Source: a virus (Duplodnaviria; Caudoviricetes). Taken from it: a stretch of 61,298 nt of DNA. The notes beneath the pieces were generated by a model. The model was not told where the DNA came from and searched no databases. It saw only the letters and a list, made by a program, of their open reading frames with translations. The stretch covers positions 1-61,298 of the IMG/VR virus record IMGVR_UViG_3300047408_000236. One strand, written 5' to 3'. Numbering within the stretch: position 1 is the first letter of the stretch; every line of letters starts with the position of its first letter. Below, in pieces: positions 1 to 9,831 of this stretch. A program made the translations under genes and the position numbers.

Positions 1-127
1 CCTTCAGGGTCCAACCCAGATTTGGACCCATTGCCGTGGTAGACGCTCCCTACCTGCCGTCCCACCTCAGCCCGTCGCAGCTCTCGTGTTATGCCATGTG
101 CCCAGCCATCTATCACGAGCGATATGT
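1..127. repeat. Terminal direct repeat (identical to 61172-61298); circular assembly overlap
   Basis: Sequence ccttcagggtcc...cgatatgt at 1-127 recurs at 61172-61298; 127 nt is a common assembler k-mer size. Confidence 0.95.
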
Positions 128-737
128 GCTCAAACTATTTCCACCACCTGAGCCAGAACGACTCTTCGGTATCGCCCTCCACACTGCGCTCGAAGCGCAC
201 TATCGCGGCCAGGATGACGAACTGGTCTTCCTGAAAGCATGGCGCGAATCACTCGCCACCCTCGACCAATCGCTGTACCCCATCATCGATAACCTCAAAC
301 GCCGCGGCCTGCAACTCCTGTCCGACGTGCGTGCGCTCAATCTCGCCGGCGAACCCGAGCACCGTATCACCACACTCGTGGCTGGAATCACTATCCCAAT
401 CTTCGGTTATGCCGACCTGTGGGGTGACAACCTGGTTGTCGATTTCAAGTCAACCGGCTTCGGCTGGACGCAACAGAAAGCCGACGCCCAACTCTTCCAG
501 CCAGGAATCTACAGCCACGCCTTCGCGCTCGAGCACGACGGACAACTACCGACCTTCCAGTTCATCATTCTCCCCCGTGTGGAGGCTCCCATCCAGATTC
601 TCGATGCCACGCGCGATTATCGGCAGATCACCAGCATGTGGCAGCAGGCTCGCACCATCCACCAGGCCATCGAGGCGCAGGAGTTTTCCTGCCGATGTGA
701 TGGCCGGTTCCATCTCCTCGAAAGGGAGGCCGCCTAG
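36..737 (+). CDS. PD-(D/E)XK nuclease (RecB/Cas4-like exonuclease)
   Basis: HLSPSQL..Y..CP, GxxxH, GYADL...VVDFKS, Q..IY motifs; start overlaps the stop of the primase-helicase across the circular junction. Confidence 0.8.
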   Translation: MVDAPYLPSHLSPSQLSCYAMCPAIYHERYVLKLFPPPEPERLFGIALHTALEAHYRGQDDELVFLKAWRESLATLDQSLYPIIDNLKRRGLQLLSDVRALNLAGEPEHRITTLVAGITIPIFGYADLWGDNLVVDFKSTGFGWTQQKADAQLFQPGIYSHAFALEHDGQLPTFQFIILPRVEAPIQILDATRDYRQITSMWQQARTIHQAIEAQEFSCRCDGRFHLLEREAA

Positions 738-741
738 CCCC

Positions 742-966
742 ATGACCAACCCCAGTTACATGCGGCAGCGCAGCGCGATGGTTGACGAATGCCAAGAGGT
801 CACGCTGATTTGCAACTGCGGGGCTGAAGGTTCCCACGCCGATATCACTGACCACGTTGCTCGCCATCAAGTCGAGTCGGCTCGCTGGTTCGTGGCATCG
901 GTGTTTCTGATCGGCGTAGGAGTTGGCGTAGGAATTAGCGCTTGGCTTACGGGGGCGGCGCAATGA
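742..966 (+). CDS. Hypothetical protein (CxC/H motif, C-terminal TM helix)
   Basis: ATG after GGGAGG; C-terminal part of ORF 331..966. Confidence 0.5.
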   Translation: MTNPSYMRQRSAMVDECQEVTLICNCGAEGSHADITDHVARHQVESARWFVASVFLIGVGVGVGISAWLTGAAQ

Positions 967-1352
967 CCTCCACTGACCCCCAGGAGCGCTGGGCAGAACA
1001 CGTGAGAACTTTCAACAGGTATGGAGGTATTCGAGGGTTGACGGATGAAATCGACGCCCTCCGCGCCCAACTGATCAATCAACACGACGAGATCAAGCGA
1101 CTGACCGCCGACCTCGCCAGTGCGCGGGAGCAGATCGAACGAGTCGGGATAGACATGCGGGCTTGGAAGATTCGAGCCGAGACTGCCGAACGTGAGCGCG
1201 ACCAGGCCAGGGCGCAGTGCGAGCGGATGCGGGCTTGGGCCAAGGCAGAGTCAGAACATTGGGACGGGCGGAATTCCGACCGCTACTGGCAGATGCAGCG
1301 CGTGCTGCGCGAGCTTGACAAGCAGGCCCAGCCACAGGAGGTCAGCGGTTAG
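963..1352 (+). CDS. Hypothetical coiled-coil protein
   Basis: ATGA overlap with the upstream gene; heptad-rich sequence. Confidence 0.55.
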   Translation: MTSTDPQERWAEHVRTFNRYGGIRGLTDEIDALRAQLINQHDEIKRLTADLASAREQIERVGIDMRAWKIRAETAERERDQARAQCERMRAWAKAESEHWDGRNSDRYWQMQRVLRELDKQAQPQEVSG

Positions 1353-1844
1353 GTGACCGTGGCCAGCCTCGACGAGCAGCAGCGCATCCTCGTGCTTACC
1401 GCGGCTGTCGAAGGACTCGCCCTGCTCGCCAAAGGTTTACGGCGCCGCGGGGCCAACTGCCACCTCTGCGACTACTCGCCCGACGTCGTCCGATTCCACT
1501 TCGCCCACTGGCGCGAGCTCAAGTCTGCGACCGAAGGCTGCTCGGCCTCCGGCGCCAACCCGATCGGTGGCGGCATCCGTGACCGCATGAAACTCGCCGC
1601 CATCCTGGCCGACCTCGAAGCCGCAACCGACCAGGCGCTCGAGCCGTTCATCCGCTGGTACGCCGTGTCGCGTATCTATAAACGCCAGGAGCGCTTTCTC
1701 ACTTACCTCGCCTTGCGGCGTGTCGCGCTGCTCAACCTGCACCATCCTGAGCCGTCTGCACCACTCGCCGAGGCGATCTGCCTTGAGGCCATCTCGCGTG
1801 TGCTCGGCTGGTACCCACACGACTTTTGCGAAGGGCAGGATTGA
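1353..1844 (+). CDS. Hypothetical protein (CxxC)
   Basis: 163-aa ORF abutting the upstream stop codon. Confidence 0.55.
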   Translation: MTVASLDEQQRILVLTAAVEGLALLAKGLRRRGANCHLCDYSPDVVRFHFAHWRELKSATEGCSASGANPIGGGIRDRMKLAAILADLEAATDQALEPFIRWYAVSRIYKRQERFLTYLALRRVALLNLHHPEPSAPLAEAICLEAISRVLGWYPHDFCEGQD

Positions 1845-1870
1845 CAAAGTAGTGACGATGCAAGTACGGT
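1841..1870 (+). promoter_or_regulatory. Putative sigma70-type promoter upstream of the packaging/late operon
   Basis: Perfect TTGACA at 1841, TACGGT at 1865 (18-bp spacer), then GGAGG RBS before 1916. Confidence 0.35.
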
Positions 1871-1915
1871 GCGGTCTGGCGTACCCACTGTGCCCTGCGC
1901 GGGAGGCGATTTGAG

Positions 1916-3166
1916 ATGCCACGCGTCCCGCTTTCGCAGCTCAAGCCTGCGCCTTGGAACCCGAGAACCATCTCTGACGAGCGGTTCAAGAATCTTTGCC
2001 GCTCCATTGAGGCCGACCCCGGTCTACTCGACCTCCGTCCCATCCTCGCCCGGCTCGATGGCACGATCTACGGCGGCAATCAACGTTTCCGTGCAGTTGA
2101 GCATCTCGGTTGGCAGGATGTACCCGCTGACCTGAGCGATGTCTCTGATCGGCTAGCCAAGGAGCGTGCGCTACGCGACAACGGCTCGTGGGGCGAGTGG
2201 ACTGACGATCTGACCGCACTGCTCAACGAGTTGAAGGCCGCGGACGCAGACCTCGATCTGCTGGGCTTTCCTGAACCCGACCTCGAGCGATTGCTGGCCG
2301 AGCCGAAGGTATTGAACGAGGACGATGCCGACCTCACGCCACCGACTGAGCCAATCACCAAGCCTGGCGACTTGTGGCTACTCGGTCAGCACAGGCTGCT
2401 GTGCGGCGATGCGACGAAGGCTGAGGACGTGGCGCGGCTGATGGGCGATAATCGAGCTGTGCTGTTCGCGACAGATCCTCCGTACTTGGTCGATTACGAC
2501 GGTCTGGGGCACCCCACTTCGAGGGGTGCCCCAGACAAGAATAAAGACTGGTCCGAGCGCTACGGTGTTCATTGGGATGAGTCGATGTCGGCCGATGGCG
2601 GGCTTTACACGGAGTTTTCGGCTGTAGCCAAGGCACATGCTGTACGCGAGGACGCCGCGTGGTACTGCTGGCACGGGTTTCGTCGGCAGGCTCTCTTGGA
2701 AAGTATTTGGACGTCGCTGGGCGTGCTGGTTCATCAGCAGATCATCTGGCGGAAGAATCATCCGATCCTTGCCCGAACTCTGTACATGTGGCAACACGAG
2801 AGTTGTTTTTACGGGTGGGTCAGCCCTAACAAGCCTCCGCGCGTTTCGAGTGACACGGTGACATCGGTATGGGATGTGCCGTCCGAACGGTTGCCAGGCG
2901 AGCAGACGGATCATCCGACCATGAAGCCAGTCGAGTTATTCGCCATACCAATGCGCCAGCACACGCAACTCGGAGACGTGTGTTACGAGCCGTTCAGTGG
3001 TAGCGGTAGCCAACTCGTGGCGGCCGAACAGCTCGGACGTAAGTGCTTTGCGTTAGAGATCGATCCGCGATTTGTGGACGTCGCAGTTCGTCGATGGGAG
3101 CATGTCACCGGCAGAAAGGCCGCTCTCGATGGCCAAGGGTCAGCGCGCATCCAAGCGCTCGCCTGA
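1916..3166 (+). CDS. ParB-like N-terminal domain fused to N6A/N4C DNA methyltransferase
   Basis: P..WNPR and GGNQR (ParB-like); LCGD, TDPPY, HPTMKP, EPFSGSG (beta-class MTase); typical position before terminase. Confidence 0.9.
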   Translation: MPRVPLSQLKPAPWNPRTISDERFKNLCRSIEADPGLLDLRPILARLDGTIYGGNQRFRAVEHLGWQDVPADLSDVSDRLAKERALRDNGSWGEWTDDLTALLNELKAADADLDLLGFPEPDLERLLAEPKVLNEDDADLTPPTEPITKPGDLWLLGQHRLLCGDATKAEDVARLMGDNRAVLFATDPPYLVDYDGLGHPTSRGAPDKNKDWSERYGVHWDESMSADGGLYTEFSAVAKAHAVREDAAWYCWHGFRRQALLESIWTSLGVLVHQQIIWRKNHPILARTLYMWQHESCFYGWVSPNKPPRVSSDTVTSVWDVPSERLPGEQTDHPTMKPVELFAIPMRQHTQLGDVCYEPFSGSGSQLVAAEQLGRKCFALEIDPRFVDVAVRRWEHVTGRKAALDGQGSARIQALA

Positions 3167-3620
3167 GGTCGAGAAGCGCATCCTCGATGCGATCCGACTC
3201 GGTGCAACCTACAAACTGGCTTCTCAGTACGCCTGTATCGATCCTGCGACGTTCTGGCGATGGGTCGAGAAGGACGCAAACTTTGCGACCAGGGTCAAAG
3301 AGGCCGAGGGTGCGGCTACGGTTGGCTGGCTGGCCAAGATTGAGAAGGCTGCATCGGATGGCAACTGGCAGGCCGCGGCCTGGAAACTCGAACGGCGATA
3401 TCCCGAAGACTACTCGCTGCGCCAGCGGCTCGAGCACACCGGCGCCGATGGTGGGCCCATCGAGATTGACGAACGTTTGATCCTGAGCGAGGCGGAACTT
3501 GACCAGTACGTCCTTACCATCGTTGAACGCGCAGGAGCGCGCCTTGATCAGCCTCGCACGGAACCCCAACCGCGTCTGGCTCCCCCAGAAGGGACCACAA
3601 ACGGAAGGGTATCTCAGTGA
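3129..3620 (+). CDS. Terminase small subunit (putative)
   Basis: HTH-like N-terminus, WQAAAWKLERRYP and EHTGADGGPI motifs; directly upstream of TerL. Confidence 0.75.
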   Translation: MAKGQRASKRSPEVEKRILDAIRLGATYKLASQYACIDPATFWRWVEKDANFATRVKEAEGAATVGWLAKIEKAASDGNWQAAAWKLERRYPEDYSLRQRLEHTGADGGPIEIDERLILSEAELDQYVLTIVERAGARLDQPRTEPQPRLAPPEGTTNGRVSQ

Positions 3621-4968
3621 TGCCGACGAGTTGTACTACGGTGGTCAGGCCGGCGGCGGCAAGACTGAACTGGTCCTCGGCCTAGGGCTGACCGCGCATC
3701 AACGATCAATTATCTTCCGCCGTAACTTCACTCAGTTCAAAGGCGGCGAGGGACTCATCCAGCGCAGTCTCGCTGTGGTCGGGAACCGCGGCCATTTCTC
3801 GTCTCGCATCAATGGCTTGCTTATGAACGACGGCCGCACCATCGAGTTCGCGGGCATCGAAGACCTGGGCGAACTGGGCAAGTGGAAGGGCCGGCCGCAC
3901 GATTTGGTCGCTTTTGACGAACTCAGCGAGTTTATGGAGCAGATGTACACGTTCTTGATGGGCTGGGTACGTACCACGAAGCCCGGTCAGAGGACGCGCG
4001 TTGTCGGCGCCGGTAATCCGCCAACTAGCGTTGAAGGCGAGTGGGTGATTCGTCGCTGGGCACCGTGGCTCGATGCGCAGCACGAACATCCTGCTCGGGC
4101 CGGCGAATTGCGCTGGTACGCACGTGTCGACGACAAGGAAACCGAGGTCGAGGACGGTACGCCGTTCGAGTTCCGCGGCGAGACGATCACCCCGAAGAGC
4201 CGTACCTTCATCCCGGCCAGCCTGAACGACAACCCCATCTTGGCTAGGACCGGATATGCGGCACAGCTCCAGGCCATGCCTGAGCCACTACGCAGCCAGT
4301 TGCTCTACGGCGACTACACGATTGGCCTGAAAGACGATCCGTGGCAGATCATTCCATCACAGTGGGTCGATATGGCCATGCGTCGCTGGCATCCCGAGAT
4401 GCGACCTGAAGGCTCGGCCACGTGCTCCGGTCTGGACGTTGCGCGCGGTGGTGCGGCAAAGACCGTGCTTGCGCAGCGCTGGAACAATTGGTTCGCACCG
4501 CTGCAGCGCTACGCCGGCAAGGAAACGCCCGATGGCCAGGAATCGCGCCGTATCGTCATGCAAGCATTGCTGAACGGTGGCTATGCGAACATTGACGTTG
4601 GTGGACCTGGTGCCGCGGTCGTCGACCTGTGCCGCGAGGTGGATGCTGACGTTGTGCCGGTCAACTTCGGTAGCGGTACGAAACACAAGGACCGCACAAA
4701 CCTGCTCCGGTTCGTGAATGTGCGCGCGTTTATGTATTGGTCGTTCCGGGAAGCGCTCGATCCGGAGAAGGGCGACAACATTATGTTGCCGCCCGATACG
4801 GAGTTGAAAGCGGATTTGTGCGCGCCGCGATGGATGATGCGCGTCTCAGGCATTCAGGTCGAGGACAAGGACGAGATCAGCAAACGGATCGGGCGATCTC
4901 CGGACGCGGGTGATGCGGTCGTGCTGGCCGCGATGCCGCCATTAGCTGCAGGGGTGGCCTTCTACTGA
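3499..4968 (+). CDS. terL: Terminase large subunit
   Basis: Walker A YGGQAGGGKT, Walker B VAFDEL, NP motif, nuclease motifs GLDVARGG and SPDAGDA; exact start uncertain. Confidence 0.92.
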   Translation: MTSTSLPSLNAQERALISLARNPNRVWLPQKGPQTEGYLSDADELYYGGQAGGGKTELVLGLGLTAHQRSIIFRRNFTQFKGGEGLIQRSLAVVGNRGHFSSRINGLLMNDGRTIEFAGIEDLGELGKWKGRPHDLVAFDELSEFMEQMYTFLMGWVRTTKPGQRTRVVGAGNPPTSVEGEWVIRRWAPWLDAQHEHPARAGELRWYARVDDKETEVEDGTPFEFRGETITPKSRTFIPASLNDNPILARTGYAAQLQAMPEPLRSQLLYGDYTIGLKDDPWQIIPSQWVDMAMRRWHPEMRPEGSATCSGLDVARGGAAKTVLAQRWNNWFAPLQRYAGKETPDGQESRRIVMQALLNGGYANIDVGGPGAAVVDLCREVDADVVPVNFGSGTKHKDRTNLLRFVNVRAFMYWSFREALDPEKGDNIMLPPDTELKADLCAPRWMMRVSGIQVEDKDEISKRIGRSPDAGDAVVLAAMPPLAAGVAFY

Positions 4969-5867
4969 AAATCCTGGTCACTGGCGGCGAAGGATTTATC
5001 GGGCGTCATCTGGTTGCGCGACTGCGATCGCTTGAGCACGACGTGACGGTTTACGACCTGATGACCGGCGGCGACTTGCTAAGCCCTACAGCCGTTCTGG
5101 CGAGCATGAGGGGGCACGACATGGTCGTTCACCTCGCCGGACACGCTACGGTGCGGTTGATTGATAATCCGCGCATGCCGATCCAGTCGAACGTGATCGG
5201 TACGCAGAACGTGCTCGAGGCGATGCGGTTCGCCGGCGTGCAGCGTCTCGTGTTCAGCTCGACGAGCGCGGTATACGGTGACACAACAACGTTCCCCACG
5301 CCTGAGGACGCGCCGTTCCCGGTTCAGACCTCGCTGTACGGTGCGTCGAAGATCGCGGCCGAAGCGCTCGTGTCGGCTTACGCTCAGGCGTTTGACATGC
5401 AAGCTACGATCTTCCGGTTCGCGCCGGTCCTGGGCGAGGGCTATCACCGGGGTCACCTGTGGGACTTCTGGAACAAGCTCAAGCAGGACCAGACCAGAAT
5501 CGAGGTACAGGGCGACGGCCAGCAACGTCGGTCGTACGTCTACGTCGGCGATGTGGTCAATGCGCTTATACTTGCTACGGGCGGCGGGATTCCGGAGGTT
5601 ACTGCTGCACCGGTCGCAAACGACCCGGTCGCCGCCGCCCACATCTACAACGTTGGCCACTACCAGTCGTGCACGGTCAACGAATCGCTCGGCTGGTTGT
5701 GCGAATCGCTCCAAATCGAGCCTGAGCGGGTATACACTGGCACCAGTTGGAAGGGCGACAAAGCGCTGACGCTGCTTGACTGTACGCGGCTCATGGCGTT
5801 GGGCTGGACGCCGCAGGTGTCGATAAAGGATGCCGTACTGAGGACCGTGGCATCGTTTGACGGATAA
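4965..5867 (+). CDS. NAD-dependent nucleotide-sugar epimerase/dehydratase (probable CTG start)
   Basis: In-frame KILVTGGEGFIG from 4965, upstream of the called start 5043; SSTSAVYG, YGASK and R.YVYV.D motifs. Confidence 0.88.
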   Translation: MKILVTGGEGFIGRHLVARLRSLEHDVTVYDLMTGGDLLSPTAVLASMRGHDMVVHLAGHATVRLIDNPRMPIQSNVIGTQNVLEAMRFAGVQRLVFSSTSAVYGDTTTFPTPEDAPFPVQTSLYGASKIAAEALVSAYAQAFDMQATIFRFAPVLGEGYHRGHLWDFWNKLKQDQTRIEVQGDGQQRRSYVYVGDVVNALILATGGGIPEVTAAPVANDPVAAAHIYNVGHYQSCTVNESLGWLCESLQIEPERVYTGTSWKGDKALTLLDCTRLMALGWTPQVSIKDAVLRTVASFDG

Positions 5868-6558
5868 GCGGGTCGCGCTCGTCACCGGCGGCTCGATGGG
5901 GCTGGGCAAGGCTGTTGCCGAACACTTCACCCGGACGGGAGATTATGAGGTGATTACGTGCGCCACAAAGGGCGACGTGACGTACCACCTCGATGTTGCC
6001 AACCCGGAGGGAGTCGAGCAGTGGTTCATGGGCTGTCGGCGAGTCGATGTGCTCGTGAACAATGCTGCGATCTACGGGCCGGTCGCGCAGATCGACGATA
6101 CGGACCCGCTCGAGTGGTGGGACGCGGTAGCAGTCAACCTATTTGGCCCAATGCTCATGTCGCGTGCTGTGTTGCCGCTGATGCGAGCCCAGGGCTACGG
6201 CAAGATCATCAACATCTCGGGAGCCGGCGCTCGACCACAGACCGAATGCACGGCGTACAACGCCTCGAAGGCCGGCTTGCTGCGGTTCACCGAAGCGCTC
6301 GCGGTCGACCTCGAAGGCGCCGGGATCGATGTCAACGCAGTGGCACCTGGGACGCTCGACACGCGCATGCGGTTACGGTCGGCCCTACCGGACGATCCGG
6401 CGGCCAACATGCGTAAGGCCGTCGACCTGATAGCGTGGCTGGCATCCTCAGCGAGTGACGGGATCACGGGCCGGCTGTTCAGCGCGGTATGGGACGACTG
6501 GGAGCACCTGGGCGATCTCGGCAAAGATGACTACCGCATGCGGCGAGTTGTGCCCTGA
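5857..6558 (+). CDS. Short-chain dehydrogenase/reductase (SDR)
   Basis: TGGSMGLG, LVNNA, YNASK, VNAVAPG. Confidence 0.9.
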   Translation: MTDKRVALVTGGSMGLGKAVAEHFTRTGDYEVITCATKGDVTYHLDVANPEGVEQWFMGCRRVDVLVNNAAIYGPVAQIDDTDPLEWWDAVAVNLFGPMLMSRAVLPLMRAQGYGKIINISGAGARPQTECTAYNASKAGLLRFTEALAVDLEGAGIDVNAVAPGTLDTRMRLRSALPDDPAANMRKAVDLIAWLASSASDGITGRLFSAVWDDWEHLGDLGKDDYRMRRVVP

Positions 6559-7007
6559 TGGATCGTCGCACCTTTCTTCATGTACTCGCAACGGTTGGTG
6601 TGCTCACCGGCGCACCGTCATGGCTGCGCGACCCGCGCATGCTCGAACGTTTCGGGATTGTCAATCCGCCGCTCGATGATGATGTGTCCGAGTGGCTCGA
6701 ACCGACTGACCTGGCCGTTTATGGTCGGGACAAGACGTTTGACCTTATCGCTGCGAACGAGAGCAACGAGACTGGCTATGTCTACCTTGCTCGCCCCGGT
6801 GCCGACTATCAACGGCAAACGTTGTTGTCATTCACCATGCCGCCCGGCGGTTTCCTGCGTTGGAGCGCGGAGATGGGCGAGGAAATCTACGGACCAGTGC
6901 GTATCGTCGCGCCCGAGTTTTTCAAGGTCAGCGTGTATGGCACCGACAGCCGCGGTCGAATAGTCTGCGCCGACAAGAACGGCCTGATCCCATTGTCGCT
7001 AGCGTGA
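6558..7007 (+). CDS. Hypothetical protein with twin-arginine (Tat)-like N-terminus
   Basis: MDRRTFL followed by a hydrophobic stretch; TGATG coupling to the upstream gene. Confidence 0.55.
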   Translation: MDRRTFLHVLATVGVLTGAPSWLRDPRMLERFGIVNPPLDDDVSEWLEPTDLAVYGRDKTFDLIAANESNETGYVYLARPGADYQRQTLLSFTMPPGGFLRWSAEMGEEIYGPVRIVAPEFFKVSVYGTDSRGRIVCADKNGLIPLSLA

Positions 7008-7948
7008 TCATCGCTAGAGCACCACTCCGGGTCACGCTCGGTGGAGGCGGCACGGATATCCCCGCCTATTACACGAAGCACGATGGTCGATGCCTCGCGG
7101 CGGCGATCGACAAGTACGTGTACATCACCATCCACGAGACGTTCGTCGACGACCTGATCGTCAAGTACAGCAAACTCGAACGGGTCGCGTCCGCAGAGTA
7201 CGTCGAGCATCCGATTGTGCGCGAGGCATTGCGCATGCTGTGCATCAGCGGGCGCGGCCTGGAGATTTGTAGCCACGCCGATATTCCAGCCGGGACCGGT
7301 CTGGGCTCGTCGTCCAGCTTCACGGTGGCGTTACTCCAGGCGTTGCACGCGTACCGGCGCCAGACGTGCTCACGCGAGCAGCTCGCTGAGGAAGCGTGCC
7401 GTATTGAAATTGACGCGCTCGAGCAGCCAATCGGTAAGCAGGACCAGTACATCGCGGCGTTCGGCGGCGTGACAATCCTCTCGTTCTACCAGGACGGCCG
7501 CGTGAGTCCTGTGGGCCTGAACCTGCGAGCTGATACGTTCGCGGACCTCGAAGACAATCTACTGTTGTTTTTTACAGGTCACACGCGCAAGGCTGCGGAG
7601 ATTCTCGGCGCCAGCACGATGCCAGATGACGTATCGGCCTCTTGGGTGGCTGGCAATGCCGCAGATGCGCTCGAGGATGGTGATATCAAGGGATTCGCGC
7701 AGCGGATGAACGAGCAATGGCACTTCAAGAATCTGCGTACGCCGGCTGGTGACGATATTCAGCGATGGCGCGACCTCGGGCTGGCGAACGGCGCGCTCGG
7801 CGGAAAATTGGTCGGTGCTGGTGGCGGCGGGTTCCTGATGTTCTATGCAGAGGACAAGGCGCCGCTCAGGCGAGCGATGGCTGAGCAGGGGTTACGCGAG
7901 GTGCGGTTCCGGTTCGACTTCGACGGCGCGCGGGTCATGGCGTCGTGA
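7004..7948 (+). CDS. hddA: GHMP kinase, D-glycero-alpha-D-manno-heptose-7-phosphate kinase-like
   Basis: RAPLRVTLGGGGTD, PAGTGLGSSS, IGKQDQY, GGKLVGAGGGG. Confidence 0.85.
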   Translation: MIIARAPLRVTLGGGGTDIPAYYTKHDGRCLAAAIDKYVYITIHETFVDDLIVKYSKLERVASAEYVEHPIVREALRMLCISGRGLEICSHADIPAGTGLGSSSSFTVALLQALHAYRRQTCSREQLAEEACRIEIDALEQPIGKQDQYIAAFGGVTILSFYQDGRVSPVGLNLRADTFADLEDNLLLFFTGHTRKAAEILGASTMPDDVSASWVAGNAADALEDGDIKGFAQRMNEQWHFKNLRTPAGDDIQRWRDLGLANGALGGKLVGAGGGGFLMFYAEDKAPLRRAMAEQGLREVRFRFDFDGARVMAS

Positions 7949-8622
7949 GCCTGACCGTCGCGATTCTGTGCGGCGGACTTGGTACCCGATTAAAACCGCT
8001 CACCAACACGATGCCGAAGTCATTGGTTGAAGTGGCCGGCGTCCCGTTCATCAACTATCAACTTCGACACTTGGCCAGCCAGGGCATTGAACGCGCGGTG
8101 TTGTGTATCGGATACCGCGGCGGGCAAATCGCAGAGTTTGTCGGCAGCGGCCAGCGCTTCGGGCTGGACGTGGCGTACTCGTCTGATGGCGGCAAGCCGC
8201 TCGGCACGGCAGGCGCAATCAGGAAGGCACTACCGATGCTCGGCTCAGAGTTCGGGGTGCTGTACGGCGACGTATTCCCGCTCTATAGCTTGCAGGCTGT
8301 CGGTGAGTCGATTCTTGGGACAGGCGATGCTGTTATGGCGATACGTTCGCCTGGCCGCGGCAATGTCAAGTACCACGATGGTCGTGTGCTGGCTTACACG
8401 CGCGGCAGTCGATCAGCCTATGGTGATGCTGGATTCTCCGTACTTCATGCCGATGCGTTCCTGCACACGGACGTGACCGATCTGGGCGACTTGTTCAGCG
8501 ACCTTGCGATCGCCGATTCCCTCGACGGGTACGAGGTGACCGAGCCGGTGTACGAGGTTGGCTCGTTCGAAGGGCTCGCGTCATTCGAGCGCTATGTCCT
8601 TCACGACCGAATACCTGTCTGA
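7945..8622 (+). CDS. Sugar-1-phosphate nucleotidyltransferase (HddC-like)
   Basis: LCGGLGTRL..LT...PK, LGTAGA, YGD motifs; between the kinase and the isomerase. Confidence 0.85.
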   Translation: MSLTVAILCGGLGTRLKPLTNTMPKSLVEVAGVPFINYQLRHLASQGIERAVLCIGYRGGQIAEFVGSGQRFGLDVAYSSDGGKPLGTAGAIRKALPMLGSEFGVLYGDVFPLYSLQAVGESILGTGDAVMAIRSPGRGNVKYHDGRVLAYTRGSRSAYGDAGFSVLHADAFLHTDVTDLGDLFSDLAIADSLDGYEVTEPVYEVGSFEGLASFERYVLHDRIPV

Positions 8623-9145
8623 AGTTGCGGCAATTGCCGCTGGTTTCGACGTTGAGCAGGTTGATGCTTGCGCCGCGCTGCTTGATGGAGCGCAGCGCGT
8701 GTTCGTCCTGGGTAATGGTGGGAGCGCGGCGAACGCGTCGCACTTCGTCAACGATCTGCGCAAGATTGCCGGCATCGAAGCCTATGCGCCGACAGACAAC
8801 GCGGCCGAGCTTACTGCGCGCACGAATGACGATGGCTGGCACACGGCGTTCGCCGGTTGGCTCAAGACCAGCCATCTCGATCTATTCGACCTCGTGTTCG
8901 TGTTGTCGGTTGGCGGCGGCTCGAGCACAACCAGTGCGAACATTGTTGCTGCGCTCGTTTATGCGCGCGAGGCTGGTGCGCAAATCGCGGGGATTGTGGG
9001 CCGAAGCGAGGGCTATACGCGCCAGGTCGCGAACGCCTGCATTGTGGTTCCAAACGTCAATGAGGAGCACGTGACGCCTCACGCTGAATCGTTCCAGAGC
9101 GTGCTGTGCCATCTGCTGGTGTGGCATCCGGCCCTGCAGTCGTGA
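8594..9145 (+). CDS. gmhA: SIS-domain sedoheptulose-7-phosphate isomerase (GmhA-like)
   Basis: GNGGSAANASH, TARTND, LSVGG, E..Q...H motifs. Confidence 0.85.
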   Translation: MSFTTEYLSEVAAIAAGFDVEQVDACAALLDGAQRVFVLGNGGSAANASHFVNDLRKIAGIEAYAPTDNAAELTARTNDDGWHTAFAGWLKTSHLDLFDLVFVLSVGGGSSTTSANIVAALVYAREAGAQIAGIVGRSEGYTRQVANACIVVPNVNEEHVTPHAESFQSVLCHLLVWHPALQS

Positions 9146-9801
9146 GGCTGTTCGTCGACTCGGCCAATCTTGCGGATATTGAGGATGCGTTGCGCACGGG
9201 CGCGATCAGCGGGGTCACCACGAACCCGAGCATCCTGGCGAAAGAAGGCGTGGCGGACCGAATGCGTCGCTACCAGAAGATTGTCGGGTTGCTCGAAGGC
9301 CAATCGCTGAGCGTAGAACTGGTCGGGACGGATCCAGAGCGCATGATCTTCGAGGCATATGACCTCGCTATTGCGCTGAAGTACCCGAACCTGGCGATCA
9401 AGGTGCCGATGCGCTGGTCGTGGCTACAGGTCGTGCGCGAGTTGCGCGATCACGAGGTGCAGACCAACGTGACGGCGTGCATGACGTATGCCCAGGCGAT
9501 CGTGGGTGCGATGGTCGGCGCGACCTACGTCAGCATGTTCTGGAACCGTATTCGCGACGGTGGCGAGCAGCCGGCTGACATCGTGCGCGCTGTGCGTACA
9601 ACCTTCGACGCGCACGTCTGTAACACTCAGATCATCGTCGGCTCGATCCGCTCAACGCAGGACGTGACCGACGCCATCATGGCCGGTGCTGACATCGTGA
9701 CCGTGCCGCCGCAGTTCCTCGCACCATTGTGCGAGCATCCGAAGACCGACGAAGTGATCAGCCAGTTCCTGCGGGACGCTAAACAACCCATTCACGTCTA
9801 A
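9142..9801 (+). CDS. tal: Transaldolase (TalC/FSA-type)
   Basis: LFVDSA, GVTTNPS, IKVP (Schiff-base Lys), TNVT, GSIR, GADIVTVPP, HPKTD. Confidence 0.9.
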   Translation: MRLFVDSANLADIEDALRTGAISGVTTNPSILAKEGVADRMRRYQKIVGLLEGQSLSVELVGTDPERMIFEAYDLAIALKYPNLAIKVPMRWSWLQVVRELRDHEVQTNVTACMTYAQAIVGAMVGATYVSMFWNRIRDGGEQPADIVRAVRTTFDAHVCNTQIIVGSIRSTQDVTDAIMAGADIVTVPPQFLAPLCEHPKTDEVISQFLRDAKQPIHV

Positions 9802-9831
9802 CCCGTCCGCCTGGAGGTGGGACCGACAACC

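Noticed and set aside
1-127. 127-bp terminal repeat as a biological direct terminal repeat
   Set aside because: The length equals a common assembler k-mer and it falls inside coding sequence; most likely a circularisation overlap.
36-737. Cas4 as evidence of a CRISPR system
   Set aside because: A standalone PD-(D/E)XK nuclease is normal in phage recombination modules; no array or other cas genes are present.
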